Origin: an uncultured Muribaculaceae bacterium | Lineage (GTDB): Bacteria; Bacteroidota; Bacteroidia; Bacteroidales; Muribaculaceae | NCBI GenBank assembly: GCA_964389525.1 | Contig: CAYMEX010000005.1 | Coordinates: 12,044 to 76,043, forward strand | Length of the DNA stretch: 64,000 nucleotides | Direction of reading: 5' to 3' | Part shown: positions 9,719 to 19,291 of the stretch, piece after piece | Layout of the letters: every line of letters begins with the position of its first letter | Numbering within the stretch: the first letter of the stretch is position 1 | Position numbers and translations under genes: made by a program | Notes under the pieces: generated by a model | The model's database searches: none | What the model saw: only the letters and a program-made list of their open reading frames with translations | What the model was told of the DNA's origin: nothing

Positions 9719-10826
9719 TTATTGCGCCGGGGTAGTAGTGCTGCAGTATAGCCCGGTAGCCGAATCCTTTGCTGGCCATCACGGCCGCGCCGATCTGGCA
9801 AAGCCCTGTGCCGTGTCCCCATCCTTTTCCCTCGAGGTGCCAGCCGCCGTCGGGCCGGCGTATGGCCTCAAATGCCGAGCTTTTAAGATGCGACGCGCTC
9901 AGCCAGCGTCTTATGGTAAGTTCTTTTCCGACAATATGGCTGCACCGTGTACCGATGATCTCGAGCAGACAGATGCGTCCCGACTTGCCGCGTTTCAGAG
10001 GTTTCAGTGCGGTCACTTCGCCGAAATCAATGCCTGAGCGCTGAAGCAGAAGTGCCTCCAGCTCACCCGGTGCGTAGTCTGCGCTCCAGCGGTAGGTCTG
10101 TGTGTCCTCGCGGTCATAGCCGTTGAGCGAGCGTTCGAGTATTTCAGGCGTTGCCTCGGCGCAATACGGGTCTTCGACGGCCATCAGATAGGGATGCTCG
10201 CGCGGCTCCCAGCATGTGGCGAAATCCTCGGTCATGCCGCCGCAGCATTTCGAGAACCGGGCGTCGCATATCTTCCCCTCAAAGGTCAGTACCTCGCCGC
10301 GTGTGGAGTCCACGGCTTCGTCGACACTCCGTTGCGGCTCTCTGTCGCCTGTGCCCTGATAGCGCTGGCAGTGGTCGTCGGCGCACACATCGAAATCCTT
10401 GTGGTCTTCACGATCCTGCCAGTCGATGGTCACACCTGCCGAGCGGGTGCGGTCGTCGGCCTGAACTGCCTCGGTGCCCTCATATCTCAGGTCGCGACGT
10501 ATCTGCGCCAGAAGCCAGCTGCGCGATATCACGGCATGTGCCTTGAGCAGTTCGGCCGGCGAGAGGCGGTTCATCTCCGACCCGATCACGCTTTTCAGGT
10601 ATTCTTCTGTGCCTATGCGATTTATTGCCGTAAGATTGCCGTCGTCATGCCGCATTATCTCCAGTTCTCCGCCGAAGCGCTGACACTGCTGACGCTCCCA
10701 GTGAAACGCCTTGCCGATCGTGACGCCCGACAGCTCGAACTGTGGCGGCGTCCCTCCGAGATACCTCACCTCGATTTCTGGAGCGGTCATTATGCCGACT
10801 CTCACTTCCGGTTCTTTGTTCAGCAT
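9702..10826 (-). CDS. SpoIID/LytB domain protein (amidase enhancer family)
   Basis: DVCADDHCQRYQG and GHGTGLCQIGA motifs. It overlaps ampG by 17 nt. Confidence 0.8.
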   Translation of the reverse strand: MLNKEPEVRVGIMTAPEIEVRYLGGTPPQFELSGVTIGKAFHWERQQCQRFGGELEIMRHDDGNLTAINRIGTEEYLKSVIGSEMNRLSPAELLKAHAVISRSWLLAQIRRDLRYEGTEAVQADDRTRSAGVTIDWQDREDHKDFDVCADDHCQRYQGTGDREPQRSVDEAVDSTRGEVLTFEGKICDARFSKCCGGMTEDFATCWEPREHPYLMAVEDPYCAEATPEILERSLNGYDREDTQTYRWSADYAPGELEALLLQRSGIDFGEVTALKPLKRGKSGRICLLEIIGTRCSHIVGKELTIRRWLSASHLKSSAFEAIRRPDGGWHLEGKGWGHGTGLCQIGAAVMASKGFGYRAILQHYYPGAIIEKLY

Positions 10827-11707
10827 GGCGTTTTGCAGGTCTCGTTATAGATTTCGCGGATTATATCTTCGTCAAGCCGCTCGAAGTCGATGCGGCGCGG
10901 TGTCACGATCACACCGGCAACATCCACCGATGCCGGACTGATCATCATGCCGTTGCTGTCCGACGGATCTCCCGTGTAGCTCGACGGTCTGTGTCGAGGG
11001 CGCGCTATCACCGCCATCCTCACCCCTCTGCCTGTAGCCGTGGCGAGCAGATTGAGCCGCGGCTCATCATCCCCGCTGTCGGCCGGCAGCGACGGGAAAA
11101 GACTCTTTATCAGCCGGTCGGCTTCCTCGGCCGTCGTGGTGTCAACCACTATGGCGTCGATTGGAAGCCCCGTTATCCTCACGGTTGTCGCATCCTCTCT
11201 CGCGGGTGGCAGTGCCTTCCAGAGAGGCAGCTCGGACGACCTTACGGCCTGAAAGTGCATGTGGTCGGGAGCCGATGCACCGCACCGTGGCCCGTTGTAG
11301 AATACCGTGTACCCCTCCAGCTCTTTGGCAAGACGCCACATATCTTTCACGCGGTCGCCGATTGCCTGAGCTACATGCGTCCGGCTCGCTATGACGAAGT
11401 GTCGGTCGAATATCGGGAACGGGTTTACGAGGACTTCGTATTTGCCGTCGAGGCATACGACAGCCTTCTGTCCGTCAAGCCGGTTGGCCGGACATAGGAA
11501 GCAGGAACGTGCCGCTATTGACGCCTTGTCGACTCTGGCGCCCGAGCTCACGGCACGCGCCGGATTGAACACGGCGCGCACTCTCATATCTCCGAGCCCG
11601 AACTCCCGCGACTCTACATCGTGCAGCGCGGCGTAGTTCCCGGCCATCAGAGTCACTGTGGCAGTCTGCTCCGTGTGCAGGGCTTCTATGTCGGTCAGCA
11701 GACTCAT
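10820..11707 (-). CDS. DUF4922-like protein of the HIT/GalT branch (predicted nucleotidyltransferase or phosphorylase)
   Basis: The HxHxQ motif (APDHMHFQAV) sits after a CFLCPAN Cys pair. It overlaps both neighbouring genes by 7 and 4 nt. Confidence 0.65.
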   Translation of the reverse strand: MSLLTDIEALHTEQTATVTLMAGNYAALHDVESREFGLGDMRVRAVFNPARAVSSGARVDKASIAARSCFLCPANRLDGQKAVVCLDGKYEVLVNPFPIFDRHFVIASRTHVAQAIGDRVKDMWRLAKELEGYTVFYNGPRCGASAPDHMHFQAVRSSELPLWKALPPAREDATTVRITGLPIDAIVVDTTTAEEADRLIKSLFPSLPADSGDDEPRLNLLATATGRGVRMAVIARPRHRPSSYTGDPSDSNGMMISPASVDVAGVIVTPRRIDFERLDEDIIREIYNETCKTPC

Positions 11708-13131
11708 TGTCCGTTGTTTTCAGCGTTTATGCGACGTCGTGCCTGTAGCTCCCATGTGCGCAGACGGTCTTTATACAGGTTGTTGGCATTCATTTTCTCG
11801 CGGCTCGGGGCGGCGTCGCTGTTTCCCTCCCAGCGGCGGCAGTTATACAGCACGTCATAGATGCGTCCGATCTGATATTCGCGTGATATGCGCAGTCCTG
11901 CGGCATAATCCTCCCCGTAGCTGGTGTTCGGGAGCCCGATCTCATGCAGCAGAGGCGTGTAGAAGCATCTTGGCGCACCCAGTCCGTTGATGCGCAGCGC
12001 ATTGTTACGTCCGTTGTCTGGGGTCCACTCTCTGTGGTCGATCACGCCGGGCGCGATCTCATTTCCCTCGAAATCTGTCAGCCGGTAGCTGCCTACGATC
12101 ATGGGCACCTGCTGGCGGCGGAACTCATCCACGATCTTTTGAAGCACGCCGTTGTCGCTGTAGACATCGTCGCTGTCGAGCTGACAGGCGAAACGCCCGC
12201 ATTTTTCGTGCCTTACGCCGGTGTTCCAGCAGCCGCCTATGCCGAGATCGTGGCGGTCGGGTATTATGTGTATCAGGTTGTCGTGGCTCTTTGCGATATT
12301 GTCGATGATCGCGGTGGTGCCGTCGGTGCTGTGGTTGTCTATGACGATCACGTTGTACGGGAAATCGGTTTTCTGCGACAGTGCGCTTTCAAGCGCGTCG
12401 GCGATTGTCCGGCACCTGTCTCTGACCGGGATTATTACTGAAGCCTCCGTGTCGAAATGTGTCGCATACAGGTCGATTTCCCTGAACACTGGTCTCAGCC
12501 ACGCTCCTGTGGCTTTGAGGTGGGCGGTGCACGCCTCCTCCATCTCGATCTGCGACGCGCGGTTGCGCGGATCAACATAGCCGAACTGCGCCTCGTGGTG
12601 CGACATCTCAGTGTCTGTTTCTTCGGTCGTGTAGAGTGTCTCGTTGATATGCACAACCGCTCCCTTGCGGCTCAGTCGCAGCCGCAGGTCGTAGAAGCCT
12701 GCCGCGCTGTAGTTGCGTGTCATCTTCGATGTGGCCTCGCGCAGCAGATCTGTCCTTACGGCCACAAGCGGGCCGAAATCGAAATCGTCGCGCAGTGCCC
12801 CTTCCTGCAGGTCGATGAGGCGGCACACCGTGGTCTCTCCCCCCTTGTTGCGGTGCAGGTAGTCCGAATAGATCATCGACGCGCCTGTGTCGTCGCCGAT
12901 CGCCGCCATGCGCCTGAAGCAGTCATGTCCCGGCACGAGAGTGTCGCCGTTCATCATCAGGAACGTGTATGTCCCGTGTCCGCTGTTTTCTGCAGCCGAC
13001 TTCATTGCTTCGGTCGATCGCAGCGGCATTTTCGGGTCGAAAAGCCTTACGCACAGTCCCGCTTCTTTCAGATGTCTGAGAGTGTCGGTGTCACCTGCGC
13101 CGTGGGTGTTTGGAATAAAGATCGTGTTCAT
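11704..13131 (-). CDS. glycosyltransferase family 2, two-domain
   Basis: The C-terminal GT-A domain has SVIIPVRDR...VIVIDNHSTDGT...QLDSDDV (DxD). The N-terminal half looks like a degenerate GT-A fold. Confidence 0.8.
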   Translation of the reverse strand: MNTIFIPNTHGAGDTDTLRHLKEAGLCVRLFDPKMPLRSTEAMKSAAENSGHGTYTFLMMNGDTLVPGHDCFRRMAAIGDDTGASMIYSDYLHRNKGGETTVCRLIDLQEGALRDDFDFGPLVAVRTDLLREATSKMTRNYSAAGFYDLRLRLSRKGAVVHINETLYTTEETDTEMSHHEAQFGYVDPRNRASQIEMEEACTAHLKATGAWLRPVFREIDLYATHFDTEASVIIPVRDRCRTIADALESALSQKTDFPYNVIVIDNHSTDGTTAIIDNIAKSHDNLIHIIPDRHDLGIGGCWNTGVRHEKCGRFACQLDSDDVYSDNGVLQKIVDEFRRQQVPMIVGSYRLTDFEGNEIAPGVIDHREWTPDNGRNNALRINGLGAPRCFYTPLLHEIGLPNTSYGEDYAAGLRISREYQIGRIYDVLYNCRRWEGNSDAAPSREKMNANNLYKDRLRTWELQARRRINAENNGQ

Positions 13132-16109
13132 CGGTCGAGAGACTTGAGTAGTAGATTCATCAGTTGCTGGCGTGTTTTGCTGTCCTGGATTGTCTCAAAT
13201 GGAAATCCCAGCGTCACTGCGCTGTAACCCTTTCTTTTGGTCAGGATACCTGCAGCATTGCCCGTCTCCGGATATGTCAGGAGAGTGGTGGATTTGGTCT
13301 GGTCTGACGGCAGAAGCGCCTCGACACTCTCGACTGCGTAGAAATCAGGGTTGATCTCCGTCGCAAACTTCATGTCGATGATCTCGCCCCCTTTCAGTAT
13401 GTTGTTTGGCAGACTCTTGGCGTTGCCTGTCATCACACGTCCTCCGCTGTATGTCACGCCGAGCACCTCATTGGCAAATTTCTTGCCCGTCTCGGCTGTC
13501 ACGGTTTCGGTCGAGGGGTTGTCCCAAAGATCGCTCAGCACATAGCTGCCGCTGACGATAACGTCGCCGCCGCTCTCGGTGTGGCGGCGCAGAGCCTCCT
13601 GAAGCAGTGGCGGCAGGGCGCCGTATTTCCTCAGTCCGGGCACAAGCTCGATCGTCTTCTGCTTGCCGAGCGCGATGTCGACGATGCCGCCGTTGCGGTG
13701 ATCGTGCAGCGGGCTTGTGAACGCCTCAAGGCTTTCCGACACAAACGGATATCCGGCGGCGAGTATCGCCGCGCCGTGCAGCGATACATAGTCCTGCGTG
13801 TTGCCCGCGATTATGGTTGTATCGTAGTTGTCGGTCGATGCGCCGAAGCCGCCGAGGTCGTCGTTGGCCCATTCAGAGAAGCGGTCGAAGTCATACTGGC
13901 TTCCGATGAAACTTATGTCATTCATGTAGGGGACGCCGTGGTCTTTCTCGTCGCTGAACCCGGCATGTTCGCCGTCGTCAAACCAGTCGGGACCGCTGAT
14001 GCGCGTAAATCCGTTGACCACCGTCACCTCAGGCCCTTTGGTCTGTTTGGGAGTGCCTACGGCAAGCACTTCCGACGGGAAGCTTTTGCCTCCTGAGTTC
14101 CCGGCCGTGATCCTGAACGAATAGACCGTCCCGGGTCGTGCGCCTCTGAAAAGATAGCGCGGCACGTCCACGCGGGCCACCTTCTTGAATGCGCCGACGC
14201 CTGTGCGCATTTCCACGTCATACCACTCGGGCTCGGCTGTCGGTTCGAGCGGATCTTCGGTCGGCTGCCATGTGAGCAGATAGGCTCCTTTGTTCGCTTT
14301 GTCGTGGCCTATCGCAAAATTGCCGACAGGCAGCGGCTGTATCATGTACATGCGGTTGTCGCGCTCGGCAAGATACCAGAGCATGCCCTTGTAGACAGCG
14401 CGGGCAACCGTAAACCTGAATGTCGGGTCAAGACCCATCCTCATGTCTGGAAAATTCTGGTGGCTCAGCAGCTCGAGCAGAAATGCCGGCACGCGGCTTG
14501 TGCGCGCCTCGGCGTAGTTTTTGTCGAACATCGAGCGGCGCGTCCACGTCGAGTCTACCGTGGCGCGTATGTCGTTGACGATCGTCGTCACCACATAGTC
14601 TGCCAGATCGCGTCCCGCCAGGCGCGACCGGCCGCCGCCTCCCGCTTTGCCGCCGTCGGTGCTGTAGATCGCCAGTGTGCCTACGGTCGAGTCATCGTAG
14701 GTCAGGCCGGCGTCGGTGTGCCATCCCATCGAGAAGTCTATGGGTATGCCCAGACCCTTCCAGCCCGGGTTCATCGACGACCCGCCGCTGAGATAGTTCA
14801 CCCACGGGCCGCGCCCCTTGTAGTCGTCGGCGTAGTCCGACACGTGGTTCGACACCGAGTAGACCGAGTCAGGGATGCCCGACCACTGCATGAAGTAACG
14901 CGCCCCCTCGCAGAAACGGGGATATCCGCTCGTTGTCGGCTCGTTGCTTCCGCGTTTTCCCGAGCTTCTCATTATGTTGCCCATGCCGCCGCCGATTTTC
15001 ACGGCATCGGCTGTGAGTGTGGCGTTGGCTCCGGGGCAGATATTGCTGAGAGTGACGATCTTGCGTATGCCTTTATCAAACTCGAAGTCGCCGAGATAGA
15101 TCCATGTGCCTGCTCCCATTGCCTGATTGACAGTGAAATGCTCGTCGCCGCCGAGGCCGTGCACAGTGTATGGTGCCGCATGAGCCGGACGCTCGCTCGC
15201 GCCGTAGCTCACATACACGGCATAACGCCCGCGCTCGGGTATCTCGGCCGAATACTCTACCGTCGACGACTCGGCTTTGCGGTCAACGGTCGTTACCGCG
15301 CGGTATTTGCCCGCCTTGAACGGATTTTCTCTGTCGGTGAGCGTAGCACGCGGCAGTCCGAACCCTGCCCCTGCGGCGTCATGCCACTGGTGCTTTCCGT
15401 CGGTCTCGCTGTAGCCTCCGCTCGAGGCGGCTCCGCCGTCGCGGTCGATTATGATTTCTACTGTCGACGTGTCACGTTCGCGCGGACAGAGCACATAGGC
15501 GCCCGCATTCTCGAGCATCGGTATCAGAAACGGATAGACATACCCGGTCGTGTATAGATCTTCGACGGTCTGCATTATCTTTCCGCGCTGCCACTGCCAC
15601 CGGTCGGTGCGTTTCTCGAAATATCGGCCGTGGCTCGGCCAGAGAGCGATGTTGGCGCCGGTCATACCCTTGTCGTAGTCCGTTTCGTCGAGACGACGCA
15701 CAAAAGGCCGCGTCTCGCTTGGACCGGGGTTCTTTTTCGGCGCACCGCGCAGGAGACGTTCGACAGGCGTTTTTCCCACAAGTAGTCTTATCGTGTAGTC
15801 TCGCTGGTTTTCAGGCAGAGCCTCGGCGAGTGCGCTGTATAGCGATTCAAGATCCTCCTCGGTGTAAGGCAGATAGCCCGCACGGTCGTTGCAGACCAGC
15901 GTCACGGTTTTGGCGGATGTGTTTACATTGGCCGATTTCACTGTTATGCCCGCGATGTTGGTGTAGGCGGGCAGCCAGTTTCGGAAAGCCTCGGTCAGGG
16001 CTGTTTCAAGCACACCGGCTCTGTGTGTTTTGCGGCGGGCGGCATCAGCGGGGAGCACCGTCATTGCCACGGCAAGAGCCAGTATTGTTCGGGTCAGAAA
16101 TGAGGACAT
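13128..16109 (-). CDS. large secreted protein with a probable N-acetylmuramoyl-L-alanine amidase (Amidase_3-like) domain
   Basis: Signal peptide, then GWHTDAG and PAFLLELLSHQNFPDM, which resemble the SIHADA and LvElgFisN blocks of Amidase_3. It is the first gene of the operon. Confidence 0.55.
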   Translation of the reverse strand: MSSFLTRTILALAVAMTVLPADAARRKTHRAGVLETALTEAFRNWLPAYTNIAGITVKSANVNTSAKTVTLVCNDRAGYLPYTEEDLESLYSALAEALPENQRDYTIRLLVGKTPVERLLRGAPKKNPGPSETRPFVRRLDETDYDKGMTGANIALWPSHGRYFEKRTDRWQWQRGKIMQTVEDLYTTGYVYPFLIPMLENAGAYVLCPRERDTSTVEIIIDRDGGAASSGGYSETDGKHQWHDAAGAGFGLPRATLTDRENPFKAGKYRAVTTVDRKAESSTVEYSAEIPERGRYAVYVSYGASERPAHAAPYTVHGLGGDEHFTVNQAMGAGTWIYLGDFEFDKGIRKIVTLSNICPGANATLTADAVKIGGGMGNIMRSSGKRGSNEPTTSGYPRFCEGARYFMQWSGIPDSVYSVSNHVSDYADDYKGRGPWVNYLSGGSSMNPGWKGLGIPIDFSMGWHTDAGLTYDDSTVGTLAIYSTDGGKAGGGGRSRLAGRDLADYVVTTIVNDIRATVDSTWTRRSMFDKNYAEARTSRVPAFLLELLSHQNFPDMRMGLDPTFRFTVARAVYKGMLWYLAERDNRMYMIQPLPVGNFAIGHDKANKGAYLLTWQPTEDPLEPTAEPEWYDVEMRTGVGAFKKVARVDVPRYLFRGARPGTVYSFRITAGNSGGKSFPSEVLAVGTPKQTKGPEVTVVNGFTRISGPDWFDDGEHAGFSDEKDHGVPYMNDISFIGSQYDFDRFSEWANDDLGGFGASTDNYDTTIIAGNTQDYVSLHGAAILAAGYPFVSESLEAFTSPLHDHRNGGIVDIALGKQKTIELVPGLRKYGALPPLLQEALRRHTESGGDVIVSGSYVLSDLWDNPSTETVTAETGKKFANEVLGVTYSGGRVMTGNAKSLPNNILKGGEIIDMKFATEINPDFYAVESVEALLPSDQTKSTTLLTYPETGNAAGILTKRKGYSAVTLGFPFETIQDSKTRQQLMNLLLKSLDR

Positions 16110-16354
16110 GTAGCGATATGTGGGGGAGAGACGGATTGGTCAGGTGAAAAGTGATTGGTTCTGTAAAGTTACTCAAAAAATCCCGATGAAGTGATAAACT
16201 TGACGCATTCGGTGTTAGATACCGCCGTATTTAACTTTTACGGCAAATTATATCAAATAAAAGTTATAATCTCGGTTATGTTTGATTATTTGTTTCGTTT
16301 TCTCAAGGCATAATGTTATTTTTGCAATATATAAAACCAACCATTCACAAAACA

Positions 16355-16573
16355 ATGATGAATTTAGACCTTTTTATAACTCTGTTCCTCCAGAATATCG
16401 GAGGGCCGCAGATGATAATTATTCTGGCTGTGATACTTCTTCTCTTTGGCGGCAAGAAGATACCCGAGCTTATGCACGGCATCGGCAAGGGAGTCCGTTC
16501 GTTCAAGAAAGGCCTCGCCGACATTGAGGAGGACGTGAAAGATATCGACAGACAGGAGTCAAAAGAGAAGTAA
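16355..16573 (+). CDS. tatA: twin-arginine translocase subunit TatA/E
   Basis: GGPQMIIILAVILLLFGGKKIPELMHGIGKGVRSFKKG. Confidence 0.9.
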   Translation: MMNLDLFITLFLQNIGGPQMIIILAVILLLFGGKKIPELMHGIGKGVRSFKKGLADIEEDVKDIDRQESKEK

Positions 16574-16702
16574 GGATAACAGCTTTTTAGGCTGAACAGG
16601 TACTACAATTGGATTAAGGCAATCGGCAGCTTCATTGCCACGGTTTTTCTGCATACCGGTGTGTGGCGGCAGAATGATCGTGCATCGGTAGTATGCCGAC
16701 AC

Positions 16703-17581
16703 ATGTCTTTTTTGGAAAATATGACGACAGGCAATAACGCGGAAATGGGGTTCTGGGATCACCTTGAGGCACTTCGCGGTGTCTTGTTCAAGATCGCCAT
16801 CGTGGTGTTTGTGGCTGCGGTCGTGCTTTTCATATCGATGCACCGCCTCATGGACAACGTGATTCTTGCTCCATGTCATCCCGACTTTCCGCTCTACAAA
16901 GCATTGTCGTTCATTAACGGAAGCGGTGATTCGTCATGGGTGCCCGCGTTGGGAGGCGATGATTTCCACGTCACGCTGGTAAGCATCGAGCTCACATCGC
17001 AGTTCTTCATTCACATGTCTCTCTCATGCTGGCTTGCGGTCATACTCACCTTCCCGATACTTATTTATCTGATCTGGACATTCGTCCGTCCGGGCCTGCT
17101 GCCGGGAGAGCGTCGGGGAGCCGTGAAGGCGTTTGCGTTCGGCAACATCATGTTCTATGCCGGAGTTGCGGTAGGATACTTCCTTGTGTTTCCTCTGACT
17201 CTGCGCTTCCTCGCCGGATATCAGCTCAGTGAGTCGATACCAAATACGCTGTCGATATCCTCATACATGGACAACTTTCTCACCATCATCCTGCTCATGG
17301 GGGTGGTGTTCGAGCTGCCGCTTCTTGCGTGGCTTCTTGGCCGTATGGGACTTCTCACGCGCGACTTCTTCAGCAAATACCGTCGCCACGCGGTTGTGGC
17401 GTTGCTGATCGCAGCGGCGATCATCACTCCCACAGGCGATCCGTTCACGCTGTTCATGGTGTTCATGCCCATCTACATACTTTGGGAAGGATCGGCGATG
17501 CTTGTTCCTGCAAAATCTCCCGATCCGCTCGACGATGAAGAGGAGAGCGACAGTTCGGCCATAGACTCGGCCGCATCCTGA
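16703..17581 (+). CDS. tatC: twin-arginine translocase subunit TatC
   Basis: FWDHLEALR N-terminus and a six-TM profile, directly downstream of tatA. Confidence 0.9.
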   Translation: MSFLENMTTGNNAEMGFWDHLEALRGVLFKIAIVVFVAAVVLFISMHRLMDNVILAPCHPDFPLYKALSFINGSGDSSWVPALGGDDFHVTLVSIELTSQFFIHMSLSCWLAVILTFPILIYLIWTFVRPGLLPGERRGAVKAFAFGNIMFYAGVAVGYFLVFPLTLRFLAGYQLSESIPNTLSISSYMDNFLTIILLMGVVFELPLLAWLLGRMGLLTRDFFSKYRRHAVVALLIAAAIITPTGDPFTLFMVFMPIYILWEGSAMLVPAKSPDPLDDEEESDSSAIDSAAS

Positions 17582-17612
17582 CGGTATTACTCTGTGAACC
17601 ATATACAATAAT

Positions 17613-17641
17613 GCCGGGGCGACCGCAATGGCCGCCCCGGC
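17613..17641. terminator. bidirectional stem-loop between convergent tatC and ompA-family genes
   Basis: GCCGGGGCG-N11-CGCCCCGGC forms a perfect 9-bp GC stem, followed by TTGTTTAT. Confidence 0.6.
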
Positions 17642-17665
17642 TTGTTTATATCTCGGCTGTAATGC

Positions 17666-18880
17666 TTATTCTACAGGTATGAAGATAACGATACGGTTCC
17701 AGTTGTTGGTGTCGTATAGCTGTGTGTCGCTTCCTGCCGCCTCAAGCACAAGACGGTCGGGGCTGATACCGTAGTTGTTGATCAGAAGGTCGGCTACTGC
17801 GGTTGCGCGCTTCTCCGACAGCTTCATGTTGTAGTTGCTTGTACCGGTGTCTTTGTCGGCATATCCGCGCACTACGATGGCAAGGTCGGGGTTCTGGATA
17901 AGATACTGGGCGACATTGTAGACATTGACCTGCTCCTCAGGAGTGATGACCGACGAGTTGAGGTTGAATCTGACGGTTGCGAGTATAGGAGCCGGCGCCG
18001 GGTCGGGGCACTCGACAACTGTGACTTCGGGGCAGGGGAGCTGCGACTCGGCGGCCGCAAGGGCTGCGCCGGTTGCGGCAAGATCGCTGCGCAGCGAGTT
18101 GATCTCGTTGTTGAGGCCTGCGATGTATGCAAGATCGTCACACGGGCTGTAGGTGCTGAATCTGCGCGGTCCCAGGTTGATCGAAACACCGGCAATAGCC
18201 GTAGCGTTGATATCGATGGGCTTTCCGCCGACAACATTGTTGAAATTGTCGCCGAAAAATCCGAGACGTCCCTCAAGGAAGAGATCGACATAGTCACATG
18301 TGCGGAAACGCACCTGCAGGCCGGCCGACACGGGCAGTGTCACCGAAGTCTTTTTGGGCTTGCCGTTGTTGTCGTAGACATTGATCGCGTCGCTCCTGAA
18401 GCCGCGTGCATAGCCTACGCCGATGCCGACAAACGGTATGACTGATACGGGGCGTTTCTCGTCAACACCGAGAACCGAGTTAAAGGCATCCCACATGATA
18501 TCAAAGTCACCTTCGGCCATCTTGGCTCTGGAGATGTTGCCGCCGTTCCACTTGAGCTGGCGGTAGCTGGCACTTGCGCGCCATGCGAAATAAGGCGAGA
18601 ACCAGCGGCCGAATCCTGCCTGGAAATTAGGCTGCATACGGCGTTTGGCGTCGCCTCTGTACAGCATGTTCTCTACATAGGGAATATCGATACCCGCGCC
18701 AAGCTGGATAAACCAGTTTTTGTCATTTGTCGCATTGTAGAACGTCTTGCACGGCTCGTCGGCCACGACGGCCGTCATGGTCTCCTCGACCACTGCGTCC
18801 TGTGCATGTGCGTTGAATGTTGAAGGGATAAAACTTCCGCCTGCGATGGCGGCAAGTGTCACCAGTACGTGCTTTTTCAT
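17666..18880 (-). CDS. OmpA family outer-membrane protein
   Basis: Signal peptide MKKHVLVTLAAIAGG from the ATG at 18880. The C-terminal OmpA-like domain reads VRGYADKDTGTSNYNMKLSEKRATAVADLL. Confidence 0.9.
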   Translation of the reverse strand: MKKHVLVTLAAIAGGSFIPSTFNAHAQDAVVEETMTAVVADEPCKTFYNATNDKNWFIQLGAGIDIPYVENMLYRGDAKRRMQPNFQAGFGRWFSPYFAWRASASYRQLKWNGGNISRAKMAEGDFDIMWDAFNSVLGVDEKRPVSVIPFVGIGVGYARGFRSDAINVYDNNGKPKKTSVTLPVSAGLQVRFRTCDYVDLFLEGRLGFFGDNFNNVVGGKPIDINATAIAGVSINLGPRRFSTYSPCDDLAYIAGLNNEINSLRSDLAATGAALAAAESQLPCPEVTVVECPDPAPAPILATVRFNLNSSVITPEEQVNVYNVAQYLIQNPDLAIVVRGYADKDTGTSNYNMKLSEKRATAVADLLINNYGISPDRLVLEAAGSDTQLYDTNNWNRIVIFIPVE

Positions 18881-19075
18881 CTGATGTAGTAAAAATAAGA
18901 ATGAGGTTGTCATGTGTCAGGATGCCTCCCGGGTGTCATATGTTGTGGTTGGGAGCTATGAGAGGCTCGCCTGCTATTGTATAACACATCCGTTTTTTCT
19001 TGGGTTCATTACCCTCGCTTTTTTCACATTGAAGCTCGAAATCTCCGGTCAGGTTGTTAAATCATTGCCATCGCT

Positions 19076-19107
19076 GCTTTTTATAATGCTAAAAAAGCGT
19101 ATCTTTG
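19076..19107 (+). promoter_or_regulatory. candidate Bacteroides-type promoter for tRNA-Leu
   Basis: The -7 box TATCTTTG lies at 19100-19107, with a T-rich -33-like element about 19 nt upstream. The tRNA starts 31 nt downstream. Confidence 0.4.
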
Positions 19108-19138
19108 CCGACGGAATGAATCTTTCGGGATTCCTTCT

Positions 19139-19225
19139 GCTCCGATGGTGGAATGGTAGACACGAGGGACTTAAAATCCCTTGACCATTGCGGTTGTGCG
19201 GGTTCGAGTCCCGCTCGGAGCACCA
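19139..19225 (+). tRNA. tRNA-Leu (anticodon TAA), class II with long variable arm, CCA encoded
   Basis: Folded by hand. Acceptor stem GCTCCGA/TCGGAGC. Anticodon stem AGGGA/TCCCT with loop CT-TAA-AA. T arm GCGGG-TTCGAGT-CCCGC. Discriminator A followed by CCA. Confidence 0.9.
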
Positions 19226-19235
19226 ATAAATAAAT

Positions 19236-19273
19236 CAACGCCCCCGACTCTGCCGACAGGCTCGGGGGCGTTG
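19236..19273. terminator. bidirectional stem-loop between tRNA-Leu and cdd
   Basis: CAACGCCCCCGA...TCGGGGGCGTTG forms a 12-bp stem, followed by AATTTTATT. Confidence 0.6.
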
Positions 19274-19291
19274 AATTTTATTGAATATTTT

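Noticed and set aside
14304-15557. 417-aa plus-strand ORF. The same reasoning applies to 50712-52025 (437 aa), 45961-46821, 33112-34149, 55926-56915 and 61874-62980.
   Set aside because: All are antisense shadows of genes with signal peptides or catalytic motifs on the other strand.
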